A stretch of 64,000 nt of DNA from Antedon mediterranea (lineage: Eukaryota > Animalia > Echinodermata): positions 14,852,948-14,916,947 of the forward strand of contig NC_092673.1 of NCBI RefSeq assembly GCF_964355755.1. The letters run 5' to 3'. Made by a program: the position numbers and the translations under genes. Shown piece after piece: positions 21,628-35,900 of the stretch (its first letter is position 1; each line of letters opens with the position of its first letter). Below the pieces are notes generated by a model that did no database searches, was not told the DNA's origin, and was given only the letters and a program-made list of their open reading frames with translations.

Positions 21628-23305
21628 TTGCAAATATAACAAATACATATAAATATATATGTAGATATATATAAAAAAAAACCTATGCTACATAGTCACG
21701 GTTAGAACAATAGATTCATCCATCTACTATGTAGATTGGATGAAGGAAAAGCAAATTCATGAATACATTTTATGACAATATTGTCTGACCTCCCTAACCT
21801 GCACAACATTTATCTACCCGTATTTTATTTCTTTTATTTTAATGTTTTTATTTGCAAATCAACTTTTTAAAATTATTTACATTTAATTGTTTATCATTGG
21901 ACATAGAAAATTTAATACCTAGCTTTAGAAACACTTCTTCATCAGAGTGAATAAATATATTAGGAGCCTAGTTAAATAGGCCTACAATGTGTATGCCTAT
22001 ATAATAATCCATTACGTATGGTTTATTTCTAAGGGTAATAAAAGAGAATAGGTAGTATGGCATGTAATCAATAATCAATCAATCAATCAATATTTATTAT
22101 AATCAATAATATTATACAAATAGTCGATCTGCATAAACTGAATACGGTACCAGTAGGCTTGAACATTATAGGAATTTAGGACTACGAGTATGTTTTTTTA
22201 CTAAAAAAAAAACCAATTATTGTTAATTATCTATTAATTTTAATAATTTAATAATACTGTAACTAATTAATATATTATGCTTGTAACACTCCGAACTTTC
22301 GTGCATTCATCGTAATTGTAGCCCTGATTATGTAACGCCTAACATTATTGATAATATTAATTATAAGCCAATGAGTTCATTATTGGTAAGGTTATATCAA
22401 GGAAAAAATATCCGTGGGGAGGCCTACTTTACCCCCTTTCATTATACTACCCTTACAAAAAATGTTCTATCTATAGAAGTTTTAGAATTCTATGTTAATC
22501 TATAGAAACAGATAATTTCTATAGAAACGAATTTACAGATTCTACCCCTAGAGTTTTATAGAAATTGCAGAAGAATTGCTATAATTTATTCATAAATCAT
22601 ATATTGTTTGTCAACAACAATACTGTATACTGTAAAATTAGCATTATGACTTCAGACTTAATTGGGGTTTACCAAGATAGGTAAGAGTTTTTATGGGTAC
22701 GGGTTGGTTTGGGTACGGGTTGGTTTGGGTACGAGATGACACCATCCATTCATGAATGCGTCTACAGGCACGCGTAAGCCTCCTCCTGATCCTAGCTCAG
22801 TGTTTACAGTCATGTCATGACAAAACTCACTCCAAATAAATGTATTAACAATTAAAAAGATCCAAAAACAGTATGAAAACATCATATTAATTTTTAACTT
22901 TGTATAATAAAGACAAAAAAGAAGTTTTTGTTTGTTTTTTGTGGCTTATTTTTACAATTTATTGCCGAAAACACCATTTTCATTGGGCTTTGCCATTGCG
23001 CTCCTCATGTTTCAGATTCGTCTATCCCTACTCGTCGTGAGAGGCGCCCTATCTCGAGCGGTTCTCTAATTTTTGAGCGAAGTGTAACATCTTCCTACTA
23101 CACTATTCAAAAAGGTATCGCTAGCCTTGTACCCCAGAATGTATAAGGTCAGTACACGGCTCATTGTTAAAGCAAATCTATAAAACGTCTGGACCAACAG
23201 TATGTTAAGTTATCCCCTCATATATAATGCACCTTTGACGTGCCATACTGTCATTATTCGCGGGTCTCTTTTTTTTTGTGAAACCTCGTGAGATGATAAA
23301 TAAAA

Positions 23306-24476
23306 CGCCGTGGTTAGGATTCCGGCACCGGAACTCAACTACCCACTGTTAGGGAATCCGACACGCTATTGCGCATGCCCAGAGCTCTGGGAAGTGAATT
23401 ATAGCAAAGAACTTATAACACAAGAATCTCCTGTTCTTCAATTTGCATTCAAAACACAGTATCGGAAGTACAGGGTTAAAAGGTCAAACTGGGCGACGCC
23501 ATTTCACAGCATGGAGCAGCGCCCCCTCCAAACTAGGAAGTCAATTACTCTACCCCTCTAGAGTATTAGCAGATCCCCTCTATGATTTTGACTTTCTAAT
23601 TTGATGCGGGCGCCCTACTCCTCAGTCAATTACTCTATCCCCCCTAGAGCATTAGCAGATCCCCTCTATGATTTTGACTTTCTAATTTGATGCGGGCGCC
23701 CTACTCCATGGCTCACAATGGCGCCACCCATAGCTCTATTCTATCCCACAATGCCTTTCGAAATTGTTACGCGCTTCGGACGAACAGGAGATTCTTGTGT
23801 TATAAGTTCTTTGATTATAGCTTGCACTTTTTAGTGCCACACACACACCACTGAGAGTCGGAGTGTTAGGATTTACTGTAGCCCTAGATAGTCGTTGCAC
23901 GGGGGGAGCGAGCGATGGATGAAACTTGGCCTATGCCATACATGAATTAATAATTAAAATACGACTACGCCACGCGTTAAAATAATTATAATGATATTAA
24001 TAAGAATCAGTATCTATCTAAGAATCGTAATGCTAGCGTTGCGACCCTGACTTCCCGAACAGTTTTTTGACATCCACGCGGTGGCTGCCGTCAACAAATC
24101 AATTTGTGATTGCATGTTGTTATGTACAGTAAAATGCGTTATGAAAAATCATAAAACTAGTCATGTAATTATATAATTCATAATGATATGAAGTTTATAT
24201 ATGAATGAAGCAACCACTTTTTAATTACAAAATAAATAGGCCTACTGGTCACGTCTAACTGGTAGCCCTAGCCTAGATTAGTGGATCCCTTATTTACTAT
24301 TATAGTATTAGTAGGCACCTAGGCTAGTGTTCGCCGTGTGGCGCAGCTATGAAATGATCCATCGCTGTTGATAAGTATAGAGTCGCCGATTACCTCGCTC
24401 TGGGCATGCGCAATAGCGTGTCGGATTCCCTAACGCTGGGCAGTTGAGTTCCGGTGCCGGAATCCTAACCACGGCG
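23306..24476. mobile_element. MULE-like MITE inside the Copia 5' LTR
   Basis: ~80-bp TIRs (CGCCGTGGTTAGGATTCCGGCACCGG...); 9-bp TSD TAAATAAAA/TAAATCAAA. Confidence 0.82.
23405..23813. mobile_element. P-like MITE nested in the MULE-like MITE
   Basis: 32-bp TIRs CAAAGAACTTATAACACAAGAATCTCCTGTTC; 7-bp TSD ATTATAG; internal ~85-bp tandem duplication. Confidence 0.75.
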
Positions 24477-24554
24477 TAAATCAAACACACTTTGCTCTTT
24501 AATTTCCGTAGTTTCTATATTATTATTTCTATATATTCCCGATTCCAGGTTACA

Positions 24555-27500
24555 ATGGACTCAACAGGTTATGGGCCCAGCCGTTTTCAAAGATTGCTTT
24601 TTAACGGAGATGAAGAAAAATATGAACTTTGGGAAGTAAAATTTCTAGGGTACCTAAACACACTAAAACCAGCGTTAAAAAGCACGATTACGTCTACACA
24701 GCCGGAGCCAGCCACCGACGATGACAACCATAAAAATGAAAAGGCGTATTCGGAGCTGATACAATTCCTGACGACAAGTCATTATCGTTGATCATTAACG
24801 ATGCAACTGATGACGGGAGAAAAGCTCTGTCTATTTTAAGAACCGAATATTCTAGCAAATCTAAACCAAAAGTGGTGCAACTTTACACCAAACTAACAAC
24901 ACTCGAAATGGGTGAGGAGGACTGCACGTCGTTCATTATCAGAGTGGAAAAGATTATCACATCATTACAAAGAGGAAAAGAAACACCTAGTGACGCACTT
25001 CTAACAGCAATGGTATTAAAAGGTTTGCCTGGAGCATACGCTCCATTTAAAATATACATAAATACACAAGAAAAAGACATATCTTTTGTAGAATTTAAAA
25101 CATCCTTAAGAAAGTTCGCAGAATCAGAGAAACTAAATACACCAGAATCTAATAACGACAGAGTGATGAAAGTTGGAAACCCACAAAACTCCAGAAAATG
25201 CTACGAGTGCGGATCACCTAACCACTTGATAAAAGATTGCCCTACAAAAACCTGTAAATACCACAAGAATGCCAATCACCTTGACAATGACTGTTTCAGA
25301 AATAAACCAAAGGACCAAATAAAGAAAGCGGAGGATGGATTTGAACATTCCTTTTTCTTTCAAGTGTCAGAAAACATAACATGTCAAAATGGTATTTTAG
25401 TAGACACTGGCTGCACCTCACATGTAGTAAATGACCGAGAGAAATTCTCCAGTTTCGATCCAACCTTTAAAAGCCTTAATCATACTATTGAACTTGCGGA
25501 TGGTAGCGTAGCAAAAGGTGTTGCAGTAAAGAGAGGACATGCACACATAAACCTGATAGATGAAAACAACGAGAAAGTAGAAACTGTTTTAAAAAATGCC
25601 CTGTACATACCAACGTACCCACACAACATAATGAGCGTAAGAGTTGCAACGACAACAGGAGCAAGAGTAACCCTTAGTAAAGAAGAAAACACAATCACTA
25701 ATGCTGGAAGAACATTCAAAATGAGTATTATTGACAACCTATACTACTTACCAACCACAAGTGCACCTAGAGAAGTAGATAAATTAAGCCTTGTTAAAGA
25801 TTTACAATATTGGCATAGAGTCCTAGGACATTGTAACTTTGACGATGTACTAAAATTAGAAAAGGTAGTGGACGGCATGGAAATCAAAGGTAGTAAAGTT
25901 AAGGAAACATGTAACATATGCACTGAAGGTAAATTTGTTAATGTAAGAAATAGAGAACCAGACAAAAGGGCAAATTGTCCATTAGCCTTTGTACATTCTG
26001 ATCTGGCAGGGCCAATATCACCATTGGCTAAAGACGAATTCAAATACGCCATATCATTTACTGATGACCATTCTGGTTTTGTTTTTGTTTACTTCCTCAG
26101 AATGAAAAGTGATGCTGCAGCAGCTACCAAACAATTTCTTTCTGACTGTGCCCCAATAGGCAAAGTTAAGTGCTTGTGAACTGATAACGGTGGTGAATAT
26201 GTCAGTTCTGACTTCAAAAGCCTAATGACAGATAGAGGTATTAAACATGAGTTTTCATCTCCAAATTCACCCCATCAAAATGGAACCGCGGAACGTAATT
26301 GGCGCACTCTTTTTGAAATGGGTAGATGTCTTTTGCTGGAATCTTCACTGCCAAAGTCCTTATTCATCTAGTCCAGCATATTTAATCTATGACCCAAACA
26401 CTGGCAAAGTTCAGAAATTCAGATTTATAAAAATTATATCTGACCAAACATCTAACACCAACCAACAAACACAGACAGATGAAAGTGACGAAACAAATGT
26501 AAACTTGGAGGATAATGAGAACACAAATGAATCCCAAATTATTGAACATGAAAATACCCCAAATGTTAATAATTATGATAACTTAGAGGAAAATGACAAC
26601 AATGGGGTAGATATTGATGATGCCCACAGAAGGTACCCTCAAAGGGAGAGAAAGTATCCCAATTACCTACAGGAGTATGAGACTGAATTTGACAGTGATG
26701 ATTCGATCTATACATATGTCATGTCAAAATGTTCCCTTAACATATACAGAAGCTACAAATTCCCAATATTCAGAAAGTTGGAAAAGGGCAATGGATGAAG
26801 AATTACAATCATTGAAAGATAATAACACCTTTAAGATAGTCACATTACCCAATGACAAACACCTCATTGGCGGAAAATGGGTATTTGCTATAAAGGAATC
26901 GGCCGAGGGTAATCACACGTACAAGGCAAGATACGTTGCCAAGGGTTTTAACCAAATAAAAGGCATAGACTATCATGAGACATTCTCGCCCACAGCCAAT
27001 TTGACCTCAATTAGAACATTAATGCAAATATCTGTACAACATAACCTTATAGTCCACCAGATGGATGTGAAATCTGCATACTTAAATGCAGATATTGATA
27101 CCGAAATATACTTAAGCCAACCTGAAGGTTACGAAATTAAGTCTGAAAATGGGGAAAAATTAGTATTAAAATTGAACAAGTCATTATACGGGCTCAAACA
27201 GTCAGGTCGAAATTGGAATCAGCTGCTGCACAACCACTTGAAGAGTAATGATTTCAAAAGAAACCCAGCAGACTACTGTGTATATACAAAACGCAACAAA
27301 GATGACTTAGTAATTGTTGTAATATGGGTTGACGATATATTAATTGCAGCCACAAATGAGAATGTACTTAGTGATTTTAAGACAAATATGAAAAATGAGT
27401 TTAAAATGAAAGACCTTGGGGAAATCAGCTATTTCCTTGGAATTGATTTCAAACAAGAAGCCGATAAGATAACTATGAACCAAACACGATATACACTGAA

Positions 27501-28267
27501 AGTACTTGAAAAATTTAATATGTCTAACTGTAAGACAAGGTCAACCCCCTGTGAAGTACAGACTGGCACCGGTCCAAATAATGAGAAAGTACAATTAGAC
27601 AGATACAGGGAAATAGTTGGAAGTTTAATTTATCTAGCTACATGTACAAGACCAGATATCACATGGGTTGTCAGTAAACTCTCCAGAAGTTTAGCTGACC
27701 CCAAGTTAGAGGATTTAACCACAGCAAAACATGTATTAAGATACCTAAAAGGCACTGTAAATCATAAATTAGTTTATAGAAAATCTGGCTGATTCAATGA
27801 AATTAACCTCGTATTGTGATTCTGATTGGGCTAGTTCGGATGATAGGAAGAGTACCACTGGGTATATCTTTAGTTTGAATGAATGTAGTGCTCCAATATC
27901 TTGGAAAACCAGAAGACAGCCTACTGTGGCACTGTCCACCTGTGAGTCTGAATATATGGGTCTTGGGGCTGCAACACAGGAGGCCCTTTACCTACTGCAG
28001 TTGTTAAATGATATCTGTCCCAATGAGTTTAAATGTGCTCATATTTCATGTGATAACCAAGGTGCTATAGCATTAAGCAGAAACCCAGTGCAAAGACAAA
28101 GGTCTAAGCATATAGATATACGGTATCATTTCATAAGGGATGTCTTAAAAGATGGACAAATAGATATCCAGTATTGTCCAACAGAAGACATGGTGGCAGA
28201 TATTTTAACCAAACCAGCCACCAAGGTTAAACTAGAGAAATTCAAAATATTTCTATTTGGAGAATAG
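24555..28267 (+). pseudogene. Copia gag-PR-IN-RT-RH polyprotein, disrupted
   Basis: CCHC knuckle CYECGSPNHLIKDC, protease LVDTGC, HHCC, integrase CL*TDNGGEY (stop at 26177), RT YKARYVAKG/QMDVKSAYL/WVDD, RNase H DSDW..DILTK; several frameshifts and an apparent integrase deletion. Confidence 0.93.
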
Positions 28268-28966
28268 TTGATGTTAAAAATGTTACATTGTTGTATTGAA
28301 TTTTGTGTGTTATTTTTGTAGTGGTTTAAGATTATGAGGTGATGTGGGGGTGTTAAGTTATCCCCTCATATATAATGCACCTTTGACGTGCCATACTGTC
28401 ATTATTCGCGGGTCTCTTTTTTTTTTTGTGAAACCTCGTGAGATGATAAATAAAACACACTTTGCTCTTTAATTTCCGTAGTTTCTATATTATTATTTCT
28501 ATATATTCCCGATTCCAGGTTACAATGGACTCAACACAGTAAACAATGACACATGTTGCTGTTGCATGCATGCAGTGTTGGGAAATTTTCTTATAAACAG
28601 AAAATCAAGTGGTGTCACGCCAAATGAGGTACCACTGCCAAATGAGGTACCGCACTTAATTTGGCGTCTAAGGCGCCAAATTAGGTACTATTTATTGCAA
28701 AATTAAGTTCTATTGTCATTTTTTAAAATACAGTTTATATTAGGAAAATATATTGAAGCTTGTATTAAACAACAATATTAAATGTATCGATATCCCTGTA
28801 CGTCATTATTTGAAAAATAAAGCACAAAAGTAATCAGCTTATTTTGATTTTGTCGGATCGATCGAAAGCGCTTCGGTCTCGGTCCGCAAATCGTATGATA
28901 CGCGAACGATAGAAACAATTTAAGCCCTCTGTTGGCAAATAAATGAAACTTTTGAAATAATGCTTA

Positions 28967-29420
28967 CCGTAAATCTTCTAATTGTAACCCTGGGTTATTA
29001 TTCTTTTTTTTAGGTTGGTTACTATTAGAAGGGGGTTACTATTAGAGTAGTGGGTTACTAATTACTAATCTTAAATTAGGCACCTGAAAATAGTCCCACC
29101 TTTAACTTTTCCGGTCAGCAACTCATAACAAAATAATAAAACAGTATGAATAAACAAATTCGTTGAATTCTGACTTTATTTTATAAACTAAAAAACACTC
29201 AATCCTGCGCCACTCCCGAGATCAACATGCATTATCTCCTAATTTTCAAAAGACGGCTGCATCATCACGAGCAGTCATTTTGTCAACAGTTTTTGTAACT
29301 CTAATGGTCACCCCCATGGGTTACTAGAGTAGTTGGTTATTATTATAGATTGACTTATAAGGTGGGTTACTATTAGAAGGGGGTTACTATTAGAGTGTCG
29401 GTTACTATTAGAAGATTCGG
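28967..29420. mobile_element. Tc1/pogo-like MITE
   Basis: TA|CCGTAAATCTTCTAAT..ATTAGAAGATTCGG|TA; internal GGGTTACTATTAGA repeats. Confidence 0.6.
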
Positions 29421-30810
29421 TATTTTATTTACAGTAGTTAGTTATATGTTATTTAAGCTAATGTTAAATGTAACAGCTTCACTAGAATTTTTTCGTACCT
29501 CCTCCCCCTCCGACTTGCTACAATATGAACGATATGCCTATATATAGCGAGCCGATCAAGAACAAAAGATAACGTAACGTACTTTAATTTAACTCATGTT
29601 TATTGCAAAATTAGGTTTGAAAAAAAGTATTTACAAAAAATAATATAATTTAAAAAAAACAGATCAACCGGAAAACTCAACATTCGTAAGCTTAAAGGAA
29701 CTGATTTCATGCTTTATGCGATCTGATGAATTCCCGGCGACTGGATTCTGTGGCTCTACAGGCCGCGTCTGCTTCTTCGTAGCTGAAGAAATTTTTTTTT
29801 GTACAAGATAAATAATGCCTTCTTTCGCCGCAACACATCGCATATAAATTATAATTGCAGGTATTTCTATAAAAGAAAAAGTAAAAAAAAAAATATTTAT
29901 TATATTCCGTATTCCTTAAGGGTCGCACCAAAAAGTTGTATTGGACAATAATTTAGGTTAATGTGTTACAGAAAGATCTCCTGTATCTTTTTTTTATATA
30001 AACAATATTGGGATTAAATAAAAATGTGAACTTGTGACTTCTTTATTTTTCGGTCACACATTCCTTCACACCACCACCACGCAATTCAATGGTATACACA
30101 CATACAGTATTTCAACCGTCTTCTGAGGTAAATGACAAAAAATCGTTACTTACAGAATATCTTCACGACAATGATTGTCAAGTCTTGTGGCTGACAGTGG
30201 CAGATTGCGTATGCGGCTTATACGTTTGGTTGTATATGGTTTTCTGTTAAAATGTTAAACAAATGTGATTGGTAAACAGTTCAGTATCGAACGTAGATTG
30301 TAAACTAAAACAAAAATGAAATTGCCACCGATATTATTTATCATTTCCTGGTCGATATTGATATTACAATGATATTGGGTAATAGGCTTACGTTCTGATG
30401 ATAGGACGCCAATGGCACTTTCCCCGCATTCCCATTTCTGTATAACCACATACTATCTATTTCGAGGTATCATATGAATATTTGGTAATACACTACAGTA
30501 TCTCATTTATATCACATTTGGTGTCTGTTTCATGTAAGGTAAGGTTAAGGGTTAGGGGAATACTATGTAAAACACATGTGATGCCCTATACCCAAATATT
30601 TCTATAATAGATACTAACTGGCCGTTATTTTTTACCTTGGGTCTTGCCACGTGTTGTATGTCATTTTTTTTATATAATTCTACCATTAAATGATATAGAG
30701 CCTATATGTAAAACAGAGAAATATAAAAATTATTTAAACGTCGGACATAATCACATCACAATGCATTAAATTGTTTAATTGCTTTTCTTGAAAATATTAT
30801 GTTCACTTAC

Positions 30811-32944
30811 TTCATCATCCATGAACGTTGTTCCAAATCCCAATCGGTCTCGTTCTACGTTCAAACATCTTTCTGGATTACGGAAATATTTTCGGTGCCG
30901 TTTTCTTCAGAAAGAAATACCGTATACATTAGTTTGTAAAGTACTAATGAGTAATTCATGTAAGGTATACTTATAAGTTTAGATTTCCAAAAAGCATTTG
31001 ACAATGTGAATAGATCATTTTTAATAGAAGCCTTAAATAAATTCAATTTTGGTATTTCATTTGTGAACTGGGTAAAAGCACTGTATAACAATACAAATTG
31101 TATATTCACAAATAATGGTTGGCAATCAGAAAGTTTTGCAATGCACCAAGGTATTAGACAAGGATGTCCCTTGTCTGCTCTATTGTTTATTTTAGTAGCT
31201 GAAGTCCTAGCTACAAAAATAAGAGCATGTGATATGGTCAAAGGCCTGATTGTTCCTGCAGGCAATGGTATATTTAAAGATATTAAGATTGCACAGCTAG
31301 CAGATGACACTGTGCTTTTTCTAAAGGATATAAATAGTATAGATAACAGCATAAGTATTATTGAAAAGTTTGGAGAGGTTTCTGGATTAAAATTAAATAA
31401 GAATAAAACAAATGCTTTTTGGCTTGGCAGTTTAAGAGACTGCAAGGACACACATGGTAACATTTCTTGGACATCCACACCAATTCGGATATTAGGTATC
31501 TATGTTGGACATGATAAGGAATATTGTTATCAAAAGAACTGGAAAGAAAAAATAGACGCATTAGAAAATACCCTAAAAACATGGGAGAAAAGACACCTCA
31601 CTTTTTTTGGAAGAATTACTATTGTAAAAACATTAGCGCTCTCAAAAATTATATACAATTCCTGCATTTTGCTAGTACCAGAAAAAGTAATAAAAGAGGT
31701 GGATAAATTAATTTTTAAATTCATTTGGGAAACTAAGAAAGAGAAAATAAAAAGAAAAACCATGTGTGCCAATTACAGTCAAGGTGGTCTAAAAATGGTA
31801 GAATTCAGATCTCAGGTAATATCTTTCCAAGTTAAATGGTACAGGAGACTGTATGAAAACGATGATGCCAAATGGAAATATTTACCTACATTTTATATAG
31901 AAAAGATAGGCCCAAAATCATTAACCTCAAATTTATCAAAAGTTCCGTGTAATATATCCGTACCACCATTTTACCTCTCAGTTATTAAGTCTATAGCAGT
32001 AGCTAATGCTTGTAATAATAGATTAAATAAGGAACCAATAAGCTATGATGACATTATTAATCAATCATTATGGGGTAATGAGTTTATATGTATTAAAAAG
32101 AAGCCGTTATATAACTGTAACTGGATTTGTTCAGGGTTTTTAAAAATATATGATGTAATAAATAATAATGTGTTTAAGCCTGCGATAGAGATAAAAAGAA
32201 GGTTAAGATGTACACAAAATTGGATCAGTGAATATTCATGTATATTGAAAGCCATTCCAAAAGAATGGAAATGTATTTTAAAATCAACACATGACATTAA
32301 TGTAAATGATATACCTATTACAAACAATAAGGTCTTAAATATGACGTCTAGACAATTATATAGATTCATAATAGATGCTCAATATATTACACCTACGGCA
32401 CAGGTTAAGTGGGAATCCATATTTGGTAATATGCCATGGACAAAAATATGGGTTAAGAAAGTTTCTGGTCTTAAAGAAAAAAAACTGGCACATTTTAATT
32501 TTAAATTGTTGCACAGAATATTGCCAACAAATGAAAGATTACATAGGTGGAGACTTGTAAATTCCCCATGTTGTGACACATGCAATGTTATTGAGAATGA
32601 TAAACATATGTTAGTAGAGTGCATAACAGTAAAATGTTTATGGAGAGAGATAAACGAAATAATTAGAGCAGTAAGCATACATATTCCTGTTTTTTCTTTC
32701 AAAAGACTTTTATTTGAAACTGACAATAATTACGTAAATAAATTATACACTTTAGGAGCATTTTGTATTTATAAAGTAAAGATATTAAGTTTATTGGAAA
32801 AAGAAAAAAAAATCAATCTCCTACAAATGTTTAAATCTGAAAAAAAGATAAGAAATATGTAAATCTGCAGGTATACTGTATATGCTCAACCAGATTAAGG
32901 AAGAAAATATGTAAATGAGATACCATGAATGATGAATCTATTAT

Positions 32945-32980
<36 letters not shown>

Positions 32981-35900
32981 CTTGCTACTATACTGTATGT
33001 TTTGTAAACATGTATACCTTGATGATTTGAAAACAAAAAGACAAAATGTGAAAAGCTTTTTATAGATTGATGATAAAAAAAAAATGATGAAGGATAAGAA
33101 GGTTTAGGTTTAAGTGGGGAAGTGTTTTCATCAAAGCTTTCATATTATAGGTATATACCGTATATATGTAATTTGCACATTCTTACTGCATGTGGAATTT
33201 TGAAATGATAAAATGGTTAAAAAGAAAAAAAAGAATGTCTAATTTTTTTAATGGATCATTAAACACAAATGTTGTTAAATGATAATGTATGTATAAAAAA
33301 ATAATAGAATAAATAATAAGTAAAAAAAAATAATTGAATGAACCCACATAGGAAAAAAAAAAGTTAAATGAAACTTTGATGGGTTATACTGTAGATGCAA
33401 AAAAGGATAATCTGTTGGAAATAAATTTTGTAAACATTTAAAGATCAAAAAAATCAATGTTAAAGGATGAGGAAAATATAATGTTAACAGTAAAAAGTTA
33501 GTAAGTAATTAGTATAACAGAGAATATGCATTGTTTAAATGAAAATATGTTTGCCTAGATAAATCCAAAGAAAAATAAAATGGGACAAACCCATGGGATG
33601 GATTTATTAAACATAAACGTATTATAATTGTATGAAATAAATATGCATGTAGATGAAAAAAAAAACAAAAACAACTATGTAAGAAAAAATAAGCTTTGTT
33701 AATGAAAATGTGTTATAGATAATATGTATAAAAAGAGGAAACTATGTAATCAATGTGGTTAAATGATAATGTATGTATAAACAAAATAATATATGGAAAT
33801 AGTTTTTTTTTTTAAAGAAAATAAGTAAAAAAAAAAAAAAAAGTGGAATGAATCCACATAAGAGAAGAAAGTAAAAAAGTTAAATGAAAATTTAAGAAGT
33901 TATAGATGCAAAAAAGGATCTGCTGGTTTTGTAAACATTAAAGAACAAAAATATTAATATTAATGTTAAAGGATGAGAACAATATTATGTTAACAGTAAA
34001 CATGTAGTAAGTAATGAGTATAACAGAGAATATGCATTGTTAAATGAAAATGTGGTAGATGAAAAAATCAAAAACAACTATGTAAGAAAAAAAAATAAGC
34101 TTGTTAATGAAAATGTGTTACAGATAATATGTTTAAGCAATGTGATAATATGTAAACAAATGAATAAATAAGTATATGTATACAGATGATTAAACAAACA
34201 TTGTAACTATAATGATATGTGAAAAATATATGTAAAGAGAACAGTGGTTTGGAAATAAAAGTGGGATGAACCCACATAAGATAAAAAAAAAAAGTAATTC
34301 ATGTAACCCAGCTTATGTTGTTTCATTTATAATCATTATAATATAATGTGTGTAGATTTTGTATTTTGTATACTGTTTTAGAGTAATGGTTTTACTTACT
34401 TTGCATCAGGCACATTCTCTGCCATCACTTGCAAAAGGTATGCCGAAATATCATCAATCTATGTTTTAAAAAAATGTAAAAAGTATATGGATCAGCATGG
34501 ATTTATGACATAATAATTATTTTATATTTTCTGTATTGTGTGCGTGAGGATTAGCCTGACAGAGAAGCCTGATTCCCAACGGGCCAAAGGCCATGCACGC
34601 AAAGCTATATAGATAACCTTTGTGGGGTCGGGAAAGCTTCGATATTAGGATTTCAAAGGTACTATAGTGTAGTCATCCTGGGGAGTAGACAAACTCAGTT
34701 AGGTATTGTTTTATTTTTATCACAACATTTATTACTTTTTCTCCCCGATAATAATAAAAAGTGTATAATGAAATTAGTAGGCCTAATTACTGTAACCTTG
34801 GATTGAAAGGCAGGCTAAACCGAGGAGTTGAGTTGTGGCTTGGTGGTTATGATGCTTGGCTACCACTCCAAGGGTCCTGGGTTCAAGTCCCGTCACATGT
34901 CAGGATTTTTTCTAAAAAAGACTTGTAATAAGACTTTGTTTATGTAGAGCATCAGAAAATGAGTTGGTTTTTAATATTTTGTAGCTGAAATTACCTGTTC
35001 ATCAATGTCTTTGGTAGTTATTATGGTGTTGCCATTTTGTTGTTGTTGTGCATCCTAAAAAAAAACCGTATACATTATTTGTTATTGGTTAGTGTAGAGG
35101 AGGAGAATTTTATGCCACTGATGTAGTGATATTTCATTTGTTTCTTTCCATTTCGTCTTGTAGCCAACTTAACTGGCCATTATTGTCTTCAATTGTGTTC
35201 TCCCGTTTGTTTACGTGTGCTTCCTGGAAAAAAATGTTAGGACTTACTGTTTGCCCGACCTTTTCGGCTGCGGCGTAGTGCAGCCCTTCTATGTAGGCCA
35301 GATACATTTTTGGCAGTGTCTTGCCTATGGTACAAGGGGGCTCGATTGTTCTGGTCATAGAAGCTGAAACTATTTCAATGTTTGTCTGAAGCATCCAGGC
35401 TGCAGCTGTTAATGCAATCTGATCACCCCATACACCAGGAGTTTTCACTCGTTCGATATATGAATCCCAGCTAATGTTTAAATCATGGATGTCATGTGCT
35501 GCTCTTTCCTGTTAAAATGGGCAAAAGAACAAAATATAATAAACCAAAATTGTTGAATTGGATTCAGAATTTGATTTTAGTGCTGAGTGTTTTGTGATTA
35601 AGCTAATGTTGTTTTTAATGAACATAAGTAAAAATAACATAATTCCGCACCTCCCATTCTTCCCTATGTTCTACGAGGAAATCGGCAACTGCATTTCGTA
35701 TGTCTGCTTGCGTTATTCCATGCCAATTTAACACAGTGTTGCACTGATGTGCAAGGGCATGGTACAAGCAGTTTCCATCTCCAGGTGTTGGAGGTTCACA
35801 TAATTGAAGTTCGGCATTGTGTAATTTCTTAAGCAACAAGTTGTACCTTTGTTCTTGGTTATGAGACATTTCCATCGACTCATTTAATGCATCTAACAGT

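Larger units (their letters stand above)
23203..28536 (+). mobile_element. Ty1/Copia LTR retrotransposon, full-length but degenerate
   Basis: TG..CA LTRs (5' 23203-24566, interrupted; 3' 28351-28536), 5-bp TSD CAGTA, PBS GGTTATGGGCCCAG, purine-rich tract ending GGGGG before the 3' LTR. Confidence 0.96.

Noticed and set aside
30535-30560. Telomere-like GGTTAAGGGTTAGGG as a herpesvirus integration signal
   Set aside because: Only about two degenerate units, 22 kb from the viral block
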